Source: Rhynchopus sp. YZ270_cl-10 (taxonomy: Eukaryota). From it: a DNA stretch of 64,000 nt. The DNA is taken from NCBI GenBank assembly GCA_964035575.1, contig OZ037835.1, forward strand, positions 806,001-870,000, given 5' to 3'. Positions within the stretch are counted from its first letter, which is position 1. Each line of letters opens with the position of its first letter. The notes under the pieces were generated by a model that saw only the letters and a list, made by a program, of their open reading frames with translations, was not told where the DNA came from and did no database searches. Positions 30,396 to 41,950 of the stretch are shown here, in pieces. Position numbers and translations under genes: made by a program.

Positions 30396-33300
30396 TCACT
30401 CCTCGACATCACAAAGAATCCGTCTCGCAAGTTCAGGTTCCACAGCATCAGCATTGCGACAGCCTAATGCACGAGGAACTGTTGGAGGGACACCGATCAC
30501 TCTCTTCAGCCGCAACCCATCAATCGTCCCGTCTTCCCCAGTGCAGATGCTCCACACACGCAGCGTGTTGTCATTGCAAACACAAATCACTTCGCTTCCG
30601 TCGGGGCTCACAGCAAGTCTGCGCAACTTGCAATATCCCCTGATCGCTGCCACCTGCTCACCAGTGGTCATGCTCCACACAGTCACACTGCACGTGCTCG
30701 ACACCACGTGATTTTCATCGGGTGTCAGTGCCACTCCGAACACGCTACTATCATGCTGCAAGGTGAAGACCTCCTTCCCGCTGGCAACATCCCACACACG
30801 CAGAGTCTTGTCGGTAGACCATGAAAGAAGACGAGATCCATCGCGTGTCACAGACACGCCCACGACAGAGAATACAGTATGTCCTTTGAACACCATCGTC
30901 TCTTCTCCAGTGTGAAGTATCCACCTGTGTACGGTGTAATCCTCATAGTACGAAACCACATGCACTCCATCAGGAGCCACTACCACTCCTCGGGGACGGC
31001 ACGTAGTTCCTGCATATTCTGACACCTTCTTCCCAGTCGGCATGCTCCACACATACGTACGGTAAGTGCCTTTCTCCTGTGAAGACTCTGAACAGGTCAC
31101 CACGTGAGATGCATTGGGAGACACTGCCAGCTTAAGTGATACAGACTGTTTCAAGAACACCGCAAACTCACTGGAATCTGTGCACACAGGCTGCACTTTC
31201 CCTGTCGCAACGTCCCACACACACACTCTCCTTTCGCCAGCGTCGTCGCAAGAGCAAGAAACTACATGAGATCCATCTGGGGACACAGCAGCAGCATCAC
31301 CACGTTGATATGTTCCTGCTTCAACTACCTGTGTCTGCCTGCCGGTGGATGCGTTCCAGATGGAGCTCCTCTTGCCACCGTACGAAATGATTGATCCATC
31401 AGGGGCCACTGCCACAGACCCGCCTGACAGTCCTTCGAAACCCGGTGTCTCCTTCCCAGTCGTGATGTTCCAAACACGAACAGTATCATCTTCGTAGGAG
31501 CATGAAACCACGTGGCATCCATCTGGTAACACTGCTACTGCATACACACGAGAGGTATGCCCTTGCAACACCGTCACCTCCTTCCCAGTCGAAATGCTCC
31601 AAACGTGCACAGTGCCCCTCTTGGATCCAGCAACCACGTGACATCCATCTGGAGTGACTGCCACTGCCGACAACTTATCGTCGGCATAGAACACCATCAC
31701 CTCTGCCCCAGTGGAGAGGTTCCAAAGATGTGCGCCATCAAAGCACGAAACAACATGGCATCCATCTGGAGTTACTGCCAGTGCATGCGGAGACTTCACA
31801 CAAAAAGGCCACTGCATCTCCTGCTTCCCCGTCACCAGATCCCATACGCACAGCACATCCCCCGAGCATGTCACTATTTGGCTTCCATCCTTGGTAACAA
31901 CCATGCTGCGAATGCCAGGCGACTCCACTGCCAGCACTTCCATCCCCGTCGAGAGATCCCACACACGGATGCCGTCTCCATAAGAAGATGAAACAACTTT
32001 AGAACTGTCGGGAGTGACTGCCACTTCCTCAACCTTACATTCGTGGCCTTCGAAGACATACACTCTCTCCCCAGTGTGCATATCCCACACATGCACAGTT
32101 TTATCAGCAGAGCAACCAACTACGCGGGTTTCGTCAGGTGTCACAGCCACTCCAAACATCTCCCATGAAGGTCCTTCCAAAACCATCACCTCTTCCCCAG
32201 AAGACAGGCTCCACACATGTACTCCGCCATCAAAGCCAGCTGTCACAATTTGACTGCCATCAGATGTCACTGCTACATCTTTGGCATCATGCTGCAGTAC
32301 AGGAAGTGGTGTGCCAAGGGAGCAGTCAGGCAGCATCGTGCCACCCATGTCGCAGGTGTGGAACTCAGTGTGCTCCAGCCAGCAGTTCGAGAAGGAAGCG
32401 CCCGTCAGCGCCGTCTCCACAAACAGAGACCCGCGCAGGTCGCAGTTCGACACACGGATCCCGCTCAGGTCCTCCCCACTCACAGGGATGCGTGCACGTG
32501 CCAGCAGTGCTGCTGCATTCGACCCTTCTGTCACAGCAGCTTCAAAAGGAACTGCACTTGATTCTGCACCTGTACCTGAACTGCCACATGTCGCCTTCAC
32601 AGCCGCAAGCAGTTCTGTGCAGGCACGTTCGTACAGCACACTGTCTCCACACACCAGTGCCGCAAAGAACCCAAGCACACGCTGCGAGTCCTTGCTGAAG
32701 CTCCGCTGCACCAGCGTCCCCAGTGTCCCTGCTGGGTCACGTGCAAGCCGCCGTGCTGCAAGGTGCTCCCCAAGCGACTTGTGCCGGAACGTGAACGCAC
32801 TCCGCTCCTCCCCAAAGTCCTCAATCCGGAACGGCAGGCAGCGGAAGCACGCATCCCGCACAGCCGCACACACACCGTGCTGCAAATCAAGAATCTGCGA
32901 CGCCACACCCACAGTCCCCTGCCACTCGTTTGTCTCCAGCATCCTGCATGCAACAAGCTCCCCTGCACGCACCACATCCTCCAAAGACACATCCGAAACA
33001 GCAACAGCATCAGCAACTCCACCAGACGCCATCTCCTTCTTCGTCCACGTCTCCAGGTAGGCCTCGTAGATCACCTCCTCAGAAGCCTTCCCGCTGCACT
33101 GTGCGTGGCACGCCATGTGCAGCACAAACGGGTTCCGCAGCTGCACAAGTCCCTCAACGTCCTCCTCACGCACGAAGACTGTGCGCTCTCCATCCTTCTC
33201 CTTCTCCTTCTCCTTCTCCTTCCCCTCTTTGTGTTCCTTCTCCCAGGCTGTGTTTGCACGCTCGATGTACGTTCTCGCATCCACCTCTGTGAACGGCTGC

Positions 33301-35624
33301 ATGTACACAGCACGCACACCAGCACCACACACACCAGACGGAGACGTGTCCACACCCTTCAGGTACTCACCACGCACAGTCACAACAACGCTGCAGTGTG
33401 CCTCCACCCATGGATGCCGGCACAGAAGGCCACCCTCAGCCACCACAGCACCCACATCCTCCTGCGTCAGCCCCACCTCGTCCAGCGAGTCCAGCACCAG
33501 CACCACCTCGTACGTCTCCGCAAGGTACGCACGGTCCGCCTCCCGCAGCGCAAACGACTCCAGCACAAACCTGTCCAGCCCTCCCTTCTCAAGCAGGTGC
33601 TGCTTCACAGTCGGCAGCGCCACAAACACAGGGAAGTACTGCTTCGCATCCGCATCCGCAGTCACATCACTCACCACGCTGTTCCTGTTCGTGTCTTCGC
33701 TGTCGGTGCTTTCGCTCTTCCTCGCAGACGTTGCAAGGTCGCTCAGAATTGCAATCGAAGCAGACGTCTTCCCGCTCCCTCCTTCTCCGATCACACACAG
33801 CACACCACACGTCCCTTGTCTTTCTTCTCTCGCATCCACATCAGGCTTGCGCTCTGTGCCCGCTGCTGCCTGTGTGCACACGGAAGACGTCGGCCTCCTA
33901 CGTACACGTGCACGAAGCCACCTCCGCACCTCCTCCATCAGCGGACGTGTCTCCGACTCATCCACACGTGTGTCGTCCCCCACACGCCCCTCCACGTACT
34001 GCGCAAGGTAGTCCTTGAAGAACGCGACTGTGTGTCCCATCACCTCCTGCAGCGCACCCACCTGCTCAGCCGCACTCGTCTCCCCCACACCACCACCACC
34101 CTCACCCACACCAGCACACACCTCCTGCATCACAATCACGTCAAAGCGCAGCCCCATCATCCGCAGCAACGTCGGCGAAAGCTTCCACTGCACCCGGTAC
34201 TCGATGTTCGCTGTGTACAGCAGCTCGTCCTCCGAAGCATACACAGACGAGAACTTCACGTCTGCAGCACCCTCCTTCGCCACCACCACAAAGAACGTCC
34301 CACCCTTCCCGTACATGAAACTCCGAGCCACATCCCGCTTCAGTGTTGTCGACGTGAAGCAGTTCCACACAATGTGCGTATTAAGAGCGTACTTCGCAGA
34401 CACGTTCACATTGATCCCGCGGAACACAGTCCGCAGCTGCTTCCGACGGCTCCCAATCAGCCGGTCCAGACCACGGATCAGCGGCGCAAAGGTCGCAATC
34501 ACGTGCAGCTGCGGGGGTGCGGGTGACAGCTCAAACACGTTCGGTGCTGTCTTCTCAGGTGTCCCCTTCCACTCCTTCACCGCAGCCAGCTGACCCACAG
34601 CACGCATCGCAGTGTTCATCGTCATGTACAGCGCAAGCGACTGTGACTTCACATCAGCAGCACTCCCGTGGTTGTCCAGCACAGCCCGCTCCGTCAGTCT
34701 GATGTACCGCAGCTTCCCGTCAGGCCCTTTCGCAATCTGCGGTGTCCCGTCCTCGTCACACACAACATCCCCGCCGCTGTCCAGCACATACTCCACACAG
34801 TCAGACGTGAACAGGAACCCCGACAGCAGCAGCTCAAACGGGTCGCGTGCCGCCATCCAGTCCTCCACCTCCACGTGCCCACCACGTGTCCCCGCAGCCT
34901 CCCTCCGTCCTCTCATGTCCTCCAGCAGACGCTTGCACACCACACGGAACCCCGCCTCCATGTGCCGCACGTGTTCGTCTGTGTAGCCCAACGGCGGATC
35001 CACCTTTGGCAGACCACGCAGCCAGCACAGCAGGTCTTCACCTCCATTGCTGTTCTTCTTGTTGTTGTTGTTGTTGTCATCTGTTTTCCGCAGCCACTCC
35101 ACCTTCCGTCCGTCTGTGTGCCGCAGTGCACCCGTGTCCCCGTCAAGATCGTCCTCTCCCAGCTGTCTGTCTCCAGTCGAGGTGTTTGTGACTTTCGTCA
35201 TGTTCATGTGAGGGTCAGTGAGAGGTGCTGTCGTTGCATCTCCACCGCTCCGTTTCACCCCCACACCTGTTGTTCTTGTTGCTGCAATTCTGGCGACACC
35301 GTCAGTGAGGTACACCTGCACAGCATCCTCCACCTCCACAAGGATCTCTGCTGCATGCACCCCCAGCTCCGCCTCAAGTCGCCCCCGCACATCCGCGTCC
35401 CTGTGCTGCAGTGCGTACCACAGCGGCACCTTCCCGTCCCTGTCACGCACGTTCCCTGCCCCATTCTCCACAAGAAACCGCACTGCCTCCACGTCCCCCG
35501 CAAGCACGGCACTGTGCAGCATTGTCTTCCCGTCCACGCTGTCCACTGCGTCTACAGGCCTCTCCTTCCCAGTAATTCCCTTTGCAATCTCGTCCTTTTC
35601 AGGCTTCGACGCTCCGGATCCCAT
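30396..35624 (-). CDS. NLR-like ANK-ART-NACHT-pentapeptide-WD40 protein copy 3 (1742 aa)
   Basis: Uninterrupted ORF starting MGSGASK. All ART, Walker A/B, pentapeptide and WD40 motifs are present. Confidence 0.93.
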   Translation of the reverse strand: MGSGASKPEKDEIAKGITGKERPVDAVDSVDGKTMLHSAVLAGDVEAVRFLVENGAGNVRDRDGKVPLWYALQHRDADVRGRLEAELGVHAAEILVEVEDAVQVYLTDGVARIAATRTTGVGVKRSGGDATTAPLTDPHMNMTKVTNTSTGDRQLGEDDLDGDTGALRHTDGRKVEWLRKTDDNNNNNKKNSNGGEDLLCWLRGLPKVDPPLGYTDEHVRHMEAGFRVVCKRLLEDMRGRREAAGTRGGHVEVEDWMAARDPFELLLSGFLFTSDCVEYVLDSGGDVVCDEDGTPQIAKGPDGKLRYIRLTERAVLDNHGSAADVKSQSLALYMTMNTAMRAVGQLAAVKEWKGTPEKTAPNVFELSPAPPQLHVIATFAPLIRGLDRLIGSRRKQLRTVFRGINVNVSAKYALNTHIVWNCFTSTTLKRDVARSFMYGKGGTFFVVVAKEGAADVKFSSVYASEDELLYTANIEYRVQWKLSPTLLRMMGLRFDVIVMQEVCAGVGEGGGGVGETSAAEQVGALQEVMGHTVAFFKDYLAQYVEGRVGDDTRVDESETRPLMEEVRRWLRARVRRRPTSSVCTQAAAGTERKPDVDAREERQGTCGVLCVIGEGGSGKTSASIAILSDLATSARKSESTDSEDTNRNSVVSDVTADADAKQYFPVFVALPTVKQHLLEKGGLDRFVLESFALREADRAYLAETYEVVLVLDSLDEVGLTQEDVGAVVAEGGLLCRHPWVEAHCSVVVTVRGEYLKGVDTSPSGVCGAGVRAVYMQPFTEVDARTYIERANTAWEKEHKEGKEKEKEKEKDGERTVFVREEDVEGLVQLRNPFVLHMACHAQCSGKASEEVIYEAYLETWTKKEMASGGVADAVAVSDVSLEDVVRAGELVACRMLETNEWQGTVGVASQILDLQHGVCAAVRDACFRCLPFRIEDFGEERSAFTFRHKSLGEHLAARRLARDPAGTLGTLVQRSFSKDSQRVLGFFAALVCGDSVLYERACTELLAAVKATCGSSGTGAESSAVPFEAAVTEGSNAAALLARARIPVSGEDLSGIRVSNCDLRGSLFVETALTGASFSNCWLEHTEFHTCDMGGTMLPDCSLGTPLPVLQHDAKDVAVTSDGSQIVTAGFDGGVHVWSLSSGEEVMVLEGPSWEMFGVAVTPDETRVVGCSADKTVHVWDMHTGERVYVFEGHECKVEEVAVTPDSSKVVSSSYGDGIRVWDLSTGMEVLAVESPGIRSMVVTKDGSQIVTCSGDVLCVWDLVTGKQEMQWPFCVKSPHALAVTPDGCHVVSCFDGAHLWNLSTGAEVMVFYADDKLSAVAVTPDGCHVVAGSKRGTVHVWSISTGKEVTVLQGHTSRVYAVAVLPDGCHVVSCSYEDDTVRVWNITTGKETPGFEGLSGGSVAVAPDGSIISYGGKRSSIWNASTGRQTQVVEAGTYQRGDAAAVSPDGSHVVSCSCDDAGERRVCVWDVATGKVQPVCTDSSEFAVFLKQSVSLKLAVSPNASHVVTCSESSQEKGTYRTYVWSMPTGKKVSEYAGTTCRPRGVVVAPDGVHVVSYYEDYTVHRWILHTGEETMVFKGHTVFSVVGVSVTRDGSRLLSWSTDKTLRVWDVASGKEVFTLQHDSSVFGVALTPDENHVVSSTCSVTVWSMTTGEQVAAIRGYCKLRRLAVSPDGSEVICVCNDNTLRVWSICTGEDGTIDGLRLKRVIGVPPTVPRALGCRNADAVEPELARRILCDVEE

Positions 35625-37653
35625 TTTATTGATGTGTGTCTTGTGTTGTCCCTGTTCGTGTGTTGTGGTGATGTGGCAAACCTTTTATGTACCCACGTCA
35701 CAGACACACTGCCTCGAGCTTGCGGCAACACGCAGGGACGAAGGATCACCGCTCGTAGAATGGCGGAAAGAGCGTACATCATGACCGTGTGGATACTACA
35801 TTCTCGGGACGCGTTGATTACTGGGATATCCCCGTTATTATAGCATAAGGCCTAACACCAGACACCGACATATGTGACTGACGTATGTGGACCGGTGTTG
35901 ATGCCTCTCTGCAAAGAAGCTCAAGACTGCCTGCTTAATAATAAATCAGGCACAGTACAACAAGAACACAACCCTGGCTCTCGAAGATCTAGACCACCCC
36001 CTCACGAAGGGGCTCTTCTGCATTCCTCTTTCCATCTGGAATGTCGTGAAGTACGCAGAAGTCCGAGGTGATTTACAAGATGCTTACGTACATCTGCCGG
36101 GGCTTTTGGGCGGCACTGACAAGGCAACAGAGGCACGTTGCCTTTTAGAAGGCGCTCTCCAAGCAGAAGGAAGAGGTGTCGGAAGAGGACCTGCTGATCG
36201 TTTCGCTTTGCGGAAGCCCAACAGGCAGGTACACTTCTGGATGGGGCGGTTGAAGGTTGTGCAGAGTCACAAAATATTGTGACACAAAACCCTTCTAATC
36301 AATCAAATTGGAATCCGATTGAGAACACTGTCCTTCCATAGTCTAGACACCTCCTAAGGATCGACCGAGAGAAGGAATATAATGTCGCATCCCGGAAGGG
36401 TGTGAAGCTCTCTCATTCTTGTGGAGCAGCTCTGTAAAATAACTCTGAATCAGGTCCTCAGCTACTCTCTACACCCCCCCTCCTGGGGGTAAGGGGAAAA
36501 CAACAGAAGAAAGGGGGCTGAGCGCTCCAAAATCTTAACGTACACTCTCTGTTGATTCTAAAACGGGGGGAGGGTAAAAGAAGGCGTGAAAGGTAAATTG
36601 GGGAAGAGGTTGAAAAGTTGGAACGCTTCCTCACCCCAGATCACACCAAAAAAAATAACTCTGAATCAGGTCCTCAGCTACTCTCTACACTCCCTTCCTT
36701 GGGGCAAGGGGAAAACAACAGATGAAAAGGTTTTTTGAAAATTTGCCATTTTTTTTTTCCCCCTTTTATTTTACTTTTTTTGGGTATAGAGAAGAAACCC
36801 AACAACCCTGCGAGAGCAGAAGCCGACTATCTCGGCAACGTACTCCCCGCATCTTAAGCGGCGCGCTGTATTTTGTGATAATTACCCTCATCATAAAATA
36901 CACATCGCAGTACAGCTCTATTGCGCTGTGTATTCTAATGGGGAGCAGTTCTCACAATACAGCGTACAACTAACCCTTCAGAAACTGTTTTCCTTTTCTC
37001 GTTTTTTTTTTCCCCCATATTTTTTGAAAATAAAGCAAAATAAAATACAATAACAGCAATGGTTTGGGGAAGTGGGGTATTGAAGATAGAGAGAAACAAA
37101 GAAGGGGGGGGGCAAGCGAAGTGGGTGTTGACTTGCCAAAAAATAATAGAAACTTAACACTCATCACACGATAAAAAAAAAACCCATGGGAGAGAGGGTT
37201 GTGAAACGCACACACCTCGACCTGTTTGGTGAGGGAGTGGATTTGCAGCGCGGTTTCGTCCCCAGAACCGCAAAGGTATGTTCAGAAATGCTTTGTTTCT
37301 ATTTCCTCCTTCATTTCATGAGGTGGCAAAAGGGGGGAAATAAGAGAAAAAAAATTTTAAAGATGAAGTGCGTCTCTCTCGTGTACGCAAAAAAGCCATC
37401 AGAGAAGTAATGAATAAAAAAAATAAAAATTAAAAAAAAAACAAAGTCAAGATGCATACACAGCAACGTGCTGAGTCTCCTGGAGGTGAGAATGGTAAAA
37501 TAACGTAATGCAGCAAAAAAAAAAAAAGAAGAATCTAAGACCAAGGGTGTGCAAAACATTGTATGCATTCCATCGAAATACATATTTTTTTTTACTGGGG
37601 GGGGGCCGAATAGTAGACCCCGGGTCCACTATTAGGCGAACCGACGGGTATAA

Positions 37654-40600
37654 CATGGATGTCCAAAGTACTTCAAGTACTTTTTTGGGGATTTTTATGA
37701 TACTTCAAGTACTTGATGCCCCTTTTTTTTTTCCTCTAAAAAAAAAAAAAACACACAGTCAAGTACTTGAAAATTGATCAAGTACTTGGCAAAAATCAAG
37801 TACTTGATCAGACAAAAAAAAATGTGTGGGTGTTTTTGCGGGTACAGAGGGAACTCTGGGAAAGCCTGTAGTGCTATTTTTGTCTCTTAAACGCAGTTAT
37901 ACTCTAATTTGATCCTCACACTCAGAGAAAAAATCACAAAACATGTCCGCGGCAAATCAGGATGAAGAAGAGCTGAAGAACGAGTTCCGCCCGCTGGTTA
38001 GTGCGAGGGATGCTGTGTGGAACGCGACGCTGAGGGAGAAGAGGAAGGCGTCGAAGCGGAAGCTGGAGGCGGAGGATGCACAACTGGAGCCCAAAAAAAA
38101 AAAAACAAAAACACGCACCTTCATAGAGAAGGAGGAGCACCTCCTGTCTGTGACAGAGAAGGTGGTGACAGCCTTCATGGCTGATAAAACCGCTGAAGAA
38201 ATTCAGCAGGTTTTTTCAAAAGAAAAAGCTGCGGAGGAAGCCGCTGCGACCAAGAAGTCGAAGAAGGAAGCTACCTCTACACTCATCGACTCCTTGAAGC
38301 AGATAGGGACGACGCAGTCTTCCCAATCTGCCTCAACCCCGCAAGCAACCCCCCCTCACGAGCCCACCCTCAAGGACCTCCCCTCCAGGCTGAAGGATTA
38401 CCAGACCTCCTTCAGCGAGGAGCTGTCCTTCAAGGAGGCCGGGGATATCCCGACCACCTACACCAACAGCGGGAAGTGGAAAAAGGCGTTCCCCCACCCC
38501 CAACAGACCTTCCCCACCTGCACGTTCTGCGGTCACGTGTTTGGACCAAATGTCCAAAAAAAAGACCTAGACCAGCACTTCCTGAAGTCAGGAAGCCACG
38601 ACCTCGCAGTGGCGAAGAAGAAGAAGCTGGAAGAGACGGACACCACCGCCGCAGACAGGAGAGACCGTGACACCCCAAACTCAGTGAACCCGGCACTGTC
38701 GAGACGTCTCGCACTGGCACTCCTTGTTTCGGGAGTCACGTATTCCCAGATTGATGTGCTGCTCGCCGCGCTGGCTGGAGTCATGATTCCTGTGAGAAGC
38801 ACCACTGAATCGCGCAAAGTGATGCCGAGCGTCATACACGGCCTGACAGATGAGTACAAGCAGCTCATAAAGAAGAAGCTGACAGGTATAAAATAGAAAA
38901 GCATTTTCCCTCGCACACTCTTTTGTCACAGGTAGAAACTACTCTGCGTTCCACGATGGTGGAATGCTCGCTGGTCGGCAAGTCAACATCTTGCTGGCAC
39001 AATATAGAACATGGGGAGCTTGCCTTCTTCCCTTAGTCCAACGCACCACATTCACGGGGAATGAGCTTGCTGTGGCCATGACAGAAGCCTTGTTTTGTAA
39101 TGGAGGAATCGAAACGAAGCCGTTTCTGCTGAGATCGGATCGTGGGGGTGCCGATGGGGCCGCAAGCCGCACGTTAGCGCTCAGTTGGGGGGTGGCATTT
39201 TTGTCGTGCCTCGCTCATATTTTCTCAAACATAATTGAGGAATATGAAGCGTCCCTACTGGCCGTAGGGAACCCCCTTATCCGCCTTCACGGAGAAATGA
39301 AGAAGGCCTTTTTCGGGGAGAAAGACGGGTCGAACGGGCGGGCCATGAGGTGGAAGAACTGGCAGGAAACCAGCATTACTTCTGTGAAGACAGATAAGCT
39401 CCGGAAGCTGACCACAGAACTACTTGACGAGGTGAAGTACCATGACCCTGAGGAGGCAGCATGCGCTGTATACGAGGCGCTCGACGATGCAGCGGCGTGT
39501 TTCACTGAAAGGGTAGATTTTCTGGAGCAAGCAAAACTCCAGTTGCCTGCAACCACGATGTCACCTGAAGACTTCGTGGCCAGGCTCGAAGAGACGTCCA
39601 AGGAGAGGAGCGGGCAGAGCAATGCTGGTGAACACATCGCCCCTCTACGAATGCCCCTCGGGTCAGATACCAAGTATCTGCATCGTTTTGAATTTTATTC
39701 GCACCTGCAACAGCGACTGCATTTATTTCCGTCGTTCATTGCCGACGAGTTGGCATCGCACCCTGACCTGAGATCACTGCAAGAAATCGCCACACTTCTT
39801 CCACAAGTACCAGAGGCAGACATACAGGCGTATATCGCCTCTGTTCTCCCTTTATTCACCCTCTTGCAAAAGTACTCAGACCAGGTTCTCGTGCTGCAAG
39901 CTCACAAGGTTTTCTTCGAGGTGCAAACAGCAATCACAACGTTGCTCGGTGGTGTCAACGTGGAACTGGGGGAGGTGTTTGAACGGAGGTGGAAGCAACC
40001 TGAGTCTGGGCGAGACTTTTACACAGTGGCCCGTCTCCTCGATCCAAATCAGTTGCGCGCTGTGAGGAGAAAAGGTGCTGTGATGTCATACGAAGCGGTT
40101 TGCGATGTGTTGCCTGTGTTCAAAGATCTTCCCGAAGGAGAAGCATGCTGGACAGAGTACGTGCAGGAGACGAATTCAGTGGTAGCAGAGGGGAAGCTGG
40201 AGAACTTCTGGAACAGATACCCAAACACCGACCTTGCAACTCTCGCACTCGATATTTTGTATGTATCTCCTTCTTGTACGCTCACGGACAGCGTGTTGAG
40301 CATCGGAGAAAGCCTCTTCCCAGACGAGCGCAGCGCATTGAATAACCAGAGCCTCGCAGAACTCTTGTTTCACAAAGCAAACGGAGACCTCCTAGAGCAA
40401 CTCCCCAAAAGCAAGTTCATCAGAAGAGGGTATCCAGGGAACGTTCCGGACACAAAAGCGAAGAAGAAGGCACCTACAAACGTGGCAGAGCGCGAAGTCA
40501 TATCACTTGATTGAGAGAAGAGCGTCAGTTTTTATTATTTTATCAAGAGTTTAGTTTTTATCATTGGTTTTATGCCCCCCTTTATTCCCCCATAGCAACG

Positions 40601-40852
40601 TGTGCTGTATCCTGTTCTGTTTTCTTGTGTGAAAAATAAAAACAGTTTGTCAAGTACTTGATCAAGTACCACTTTTTTTTTACTTGATCAAGTACTTGAT
40701 ATTTTTTTTGGCAAAAAAGTACTTGATCAAGTAAAAAAAAGTAAAAAAGTACGAGAAAAAAAAAAGGGGGGGTCAAGTACTTCAAGTATCAAGTACTGAT
40801 TTTTTTGGGGGATCAAGTACTTGATCTACTTCAAGTACTTTGGACATCCATG
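37654..40852 (+). mobile_element. Autonomous-looking hAT DNA transposon, 3.2 kb
   Basis: 20-bp perfect TIR CATGGATGTCCAAAGTACTT. GTATAA duplicated at 37648-37653 and 40853-40858. Many subterminal TCAAGTACTTGA palindromes. Internal transposase. Confidence 0.92.
37943..40514 (+). CDS. hAT-family transposase, two exons (37943-38885, 38932-40514), predicted 841 aa
   Basis: A 46-bp GT..AG intron (38886-38931) joins the two ORFs in frame (KKKLTG-RNYSAFHDGG). BED-like CxxC...H...H finger. D motifs SAFHDGG and RSDRG, CLAH motif. C-terminal FWNRYP..LATLALDILYVSPS...ERSALN..SLAELLF dimerisation-like domain. Confidence 0.85.
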
Positions 40853-41950
40853 GTATAAATCGGGGGTCTCAGAAAAAAAAAAATTTTTTTTTCCAAGTTG
40901 AATAGTAGACCCCCCCTAAATAGTAGACCCCCCCAAAGTTTTTTTTCTGTATTTTTACTAAAACCCTCCTGTCGATGAGGCTGATAGGGTGTGTCAAAAT
41001 ATACTGATTTTTGCTTCTTTGGAAAGATTTGTCACAAAATCTATCCAAGGAAAGAAAAATCAATTTGAAATTTGTAGTTGATCCCCTCTAAAATTTTTCC
41101 GTGACTTCCGCAAAAAGTCAAAAAAAACGAAAACCTGGGGGGGGTCCACTATTCAGCGGAAAAAAAATTTTTCCCCCAGAATTTCTCAGGGGGGGTCCAC
41201 TATTCAAAGGAAAAAAAATTTAAAAAAACCCAGAATTCCCAGGGGGGGTCTACTATTCAAGGGGGGGTCCACTATTCGGCCCCCCCCAGTAATAAAAAAA
41301 GAAACCAAAAATTTTTGGTGTTGCTAAGTAGGTCGATATTGACAGGTCACTGACAGATCGTTGACGTAGGGTTCCCATTTTTTTAATTTCCCTTACGATT
41401 TTGGGTGGGGAAAAAAAACACACACAAAATGCAATGGTAAATTTAAAAAGGGCACCCCCCCCTATATTGACATATCGTTGACCGATTTCCCATAGCACTA
41501 CAAAAGCCTTTGATACTGCCTGGGGTCGAAACCCTGGAGTGATGTAAAAACAAAACAAAAAAAAAAGGTGAAGCAGATGAACGTCCACATCCCGTATAAA
41601 AAAATGAATAGAAATATTTAAAAAAAAAAGAGAGAAAAGTGTATGAGATGACCCTAAGCCTCTTGTGCTTAGTAGCCTTTTAATCACATTTGGTGTCGCG
41701 CAGTATCAGCTGACGCGTGGTTCCACAAACGGCGTTTATCAAGGGATGATGTCATTTCCCTAGCCGGAGAGAGGCAAAAAAATGTTTCATATACTAACTA
41801 TTCTACTGAATAGAAGGTATAATAGGGTGACAGAAAGAGCATAAGTAGTACGCAAAATGTAAGGTACTTTTCCGATATTTTTTTCCCTCTTTTTTTAAAA
41901 ATTTTTTTTGTCATCACCATTTTCGTGCAGCCACCTGAATTAGCTGGGTG

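Larger units (their letters stand above)
37595..41289. mobile_element. ~0.5-kb TA-flanked MITE interrupted by the hAT transposon
   Basis: TA-CTGGGGGGGGGCCGAATAGTAGACCC at 37593 and GGGTCCACTATTCGGCCCCCCCCAG-TA ending at 41291. Subterminal AATAGT(A/G)GACCCCC repeats. Confidence 0.8.
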
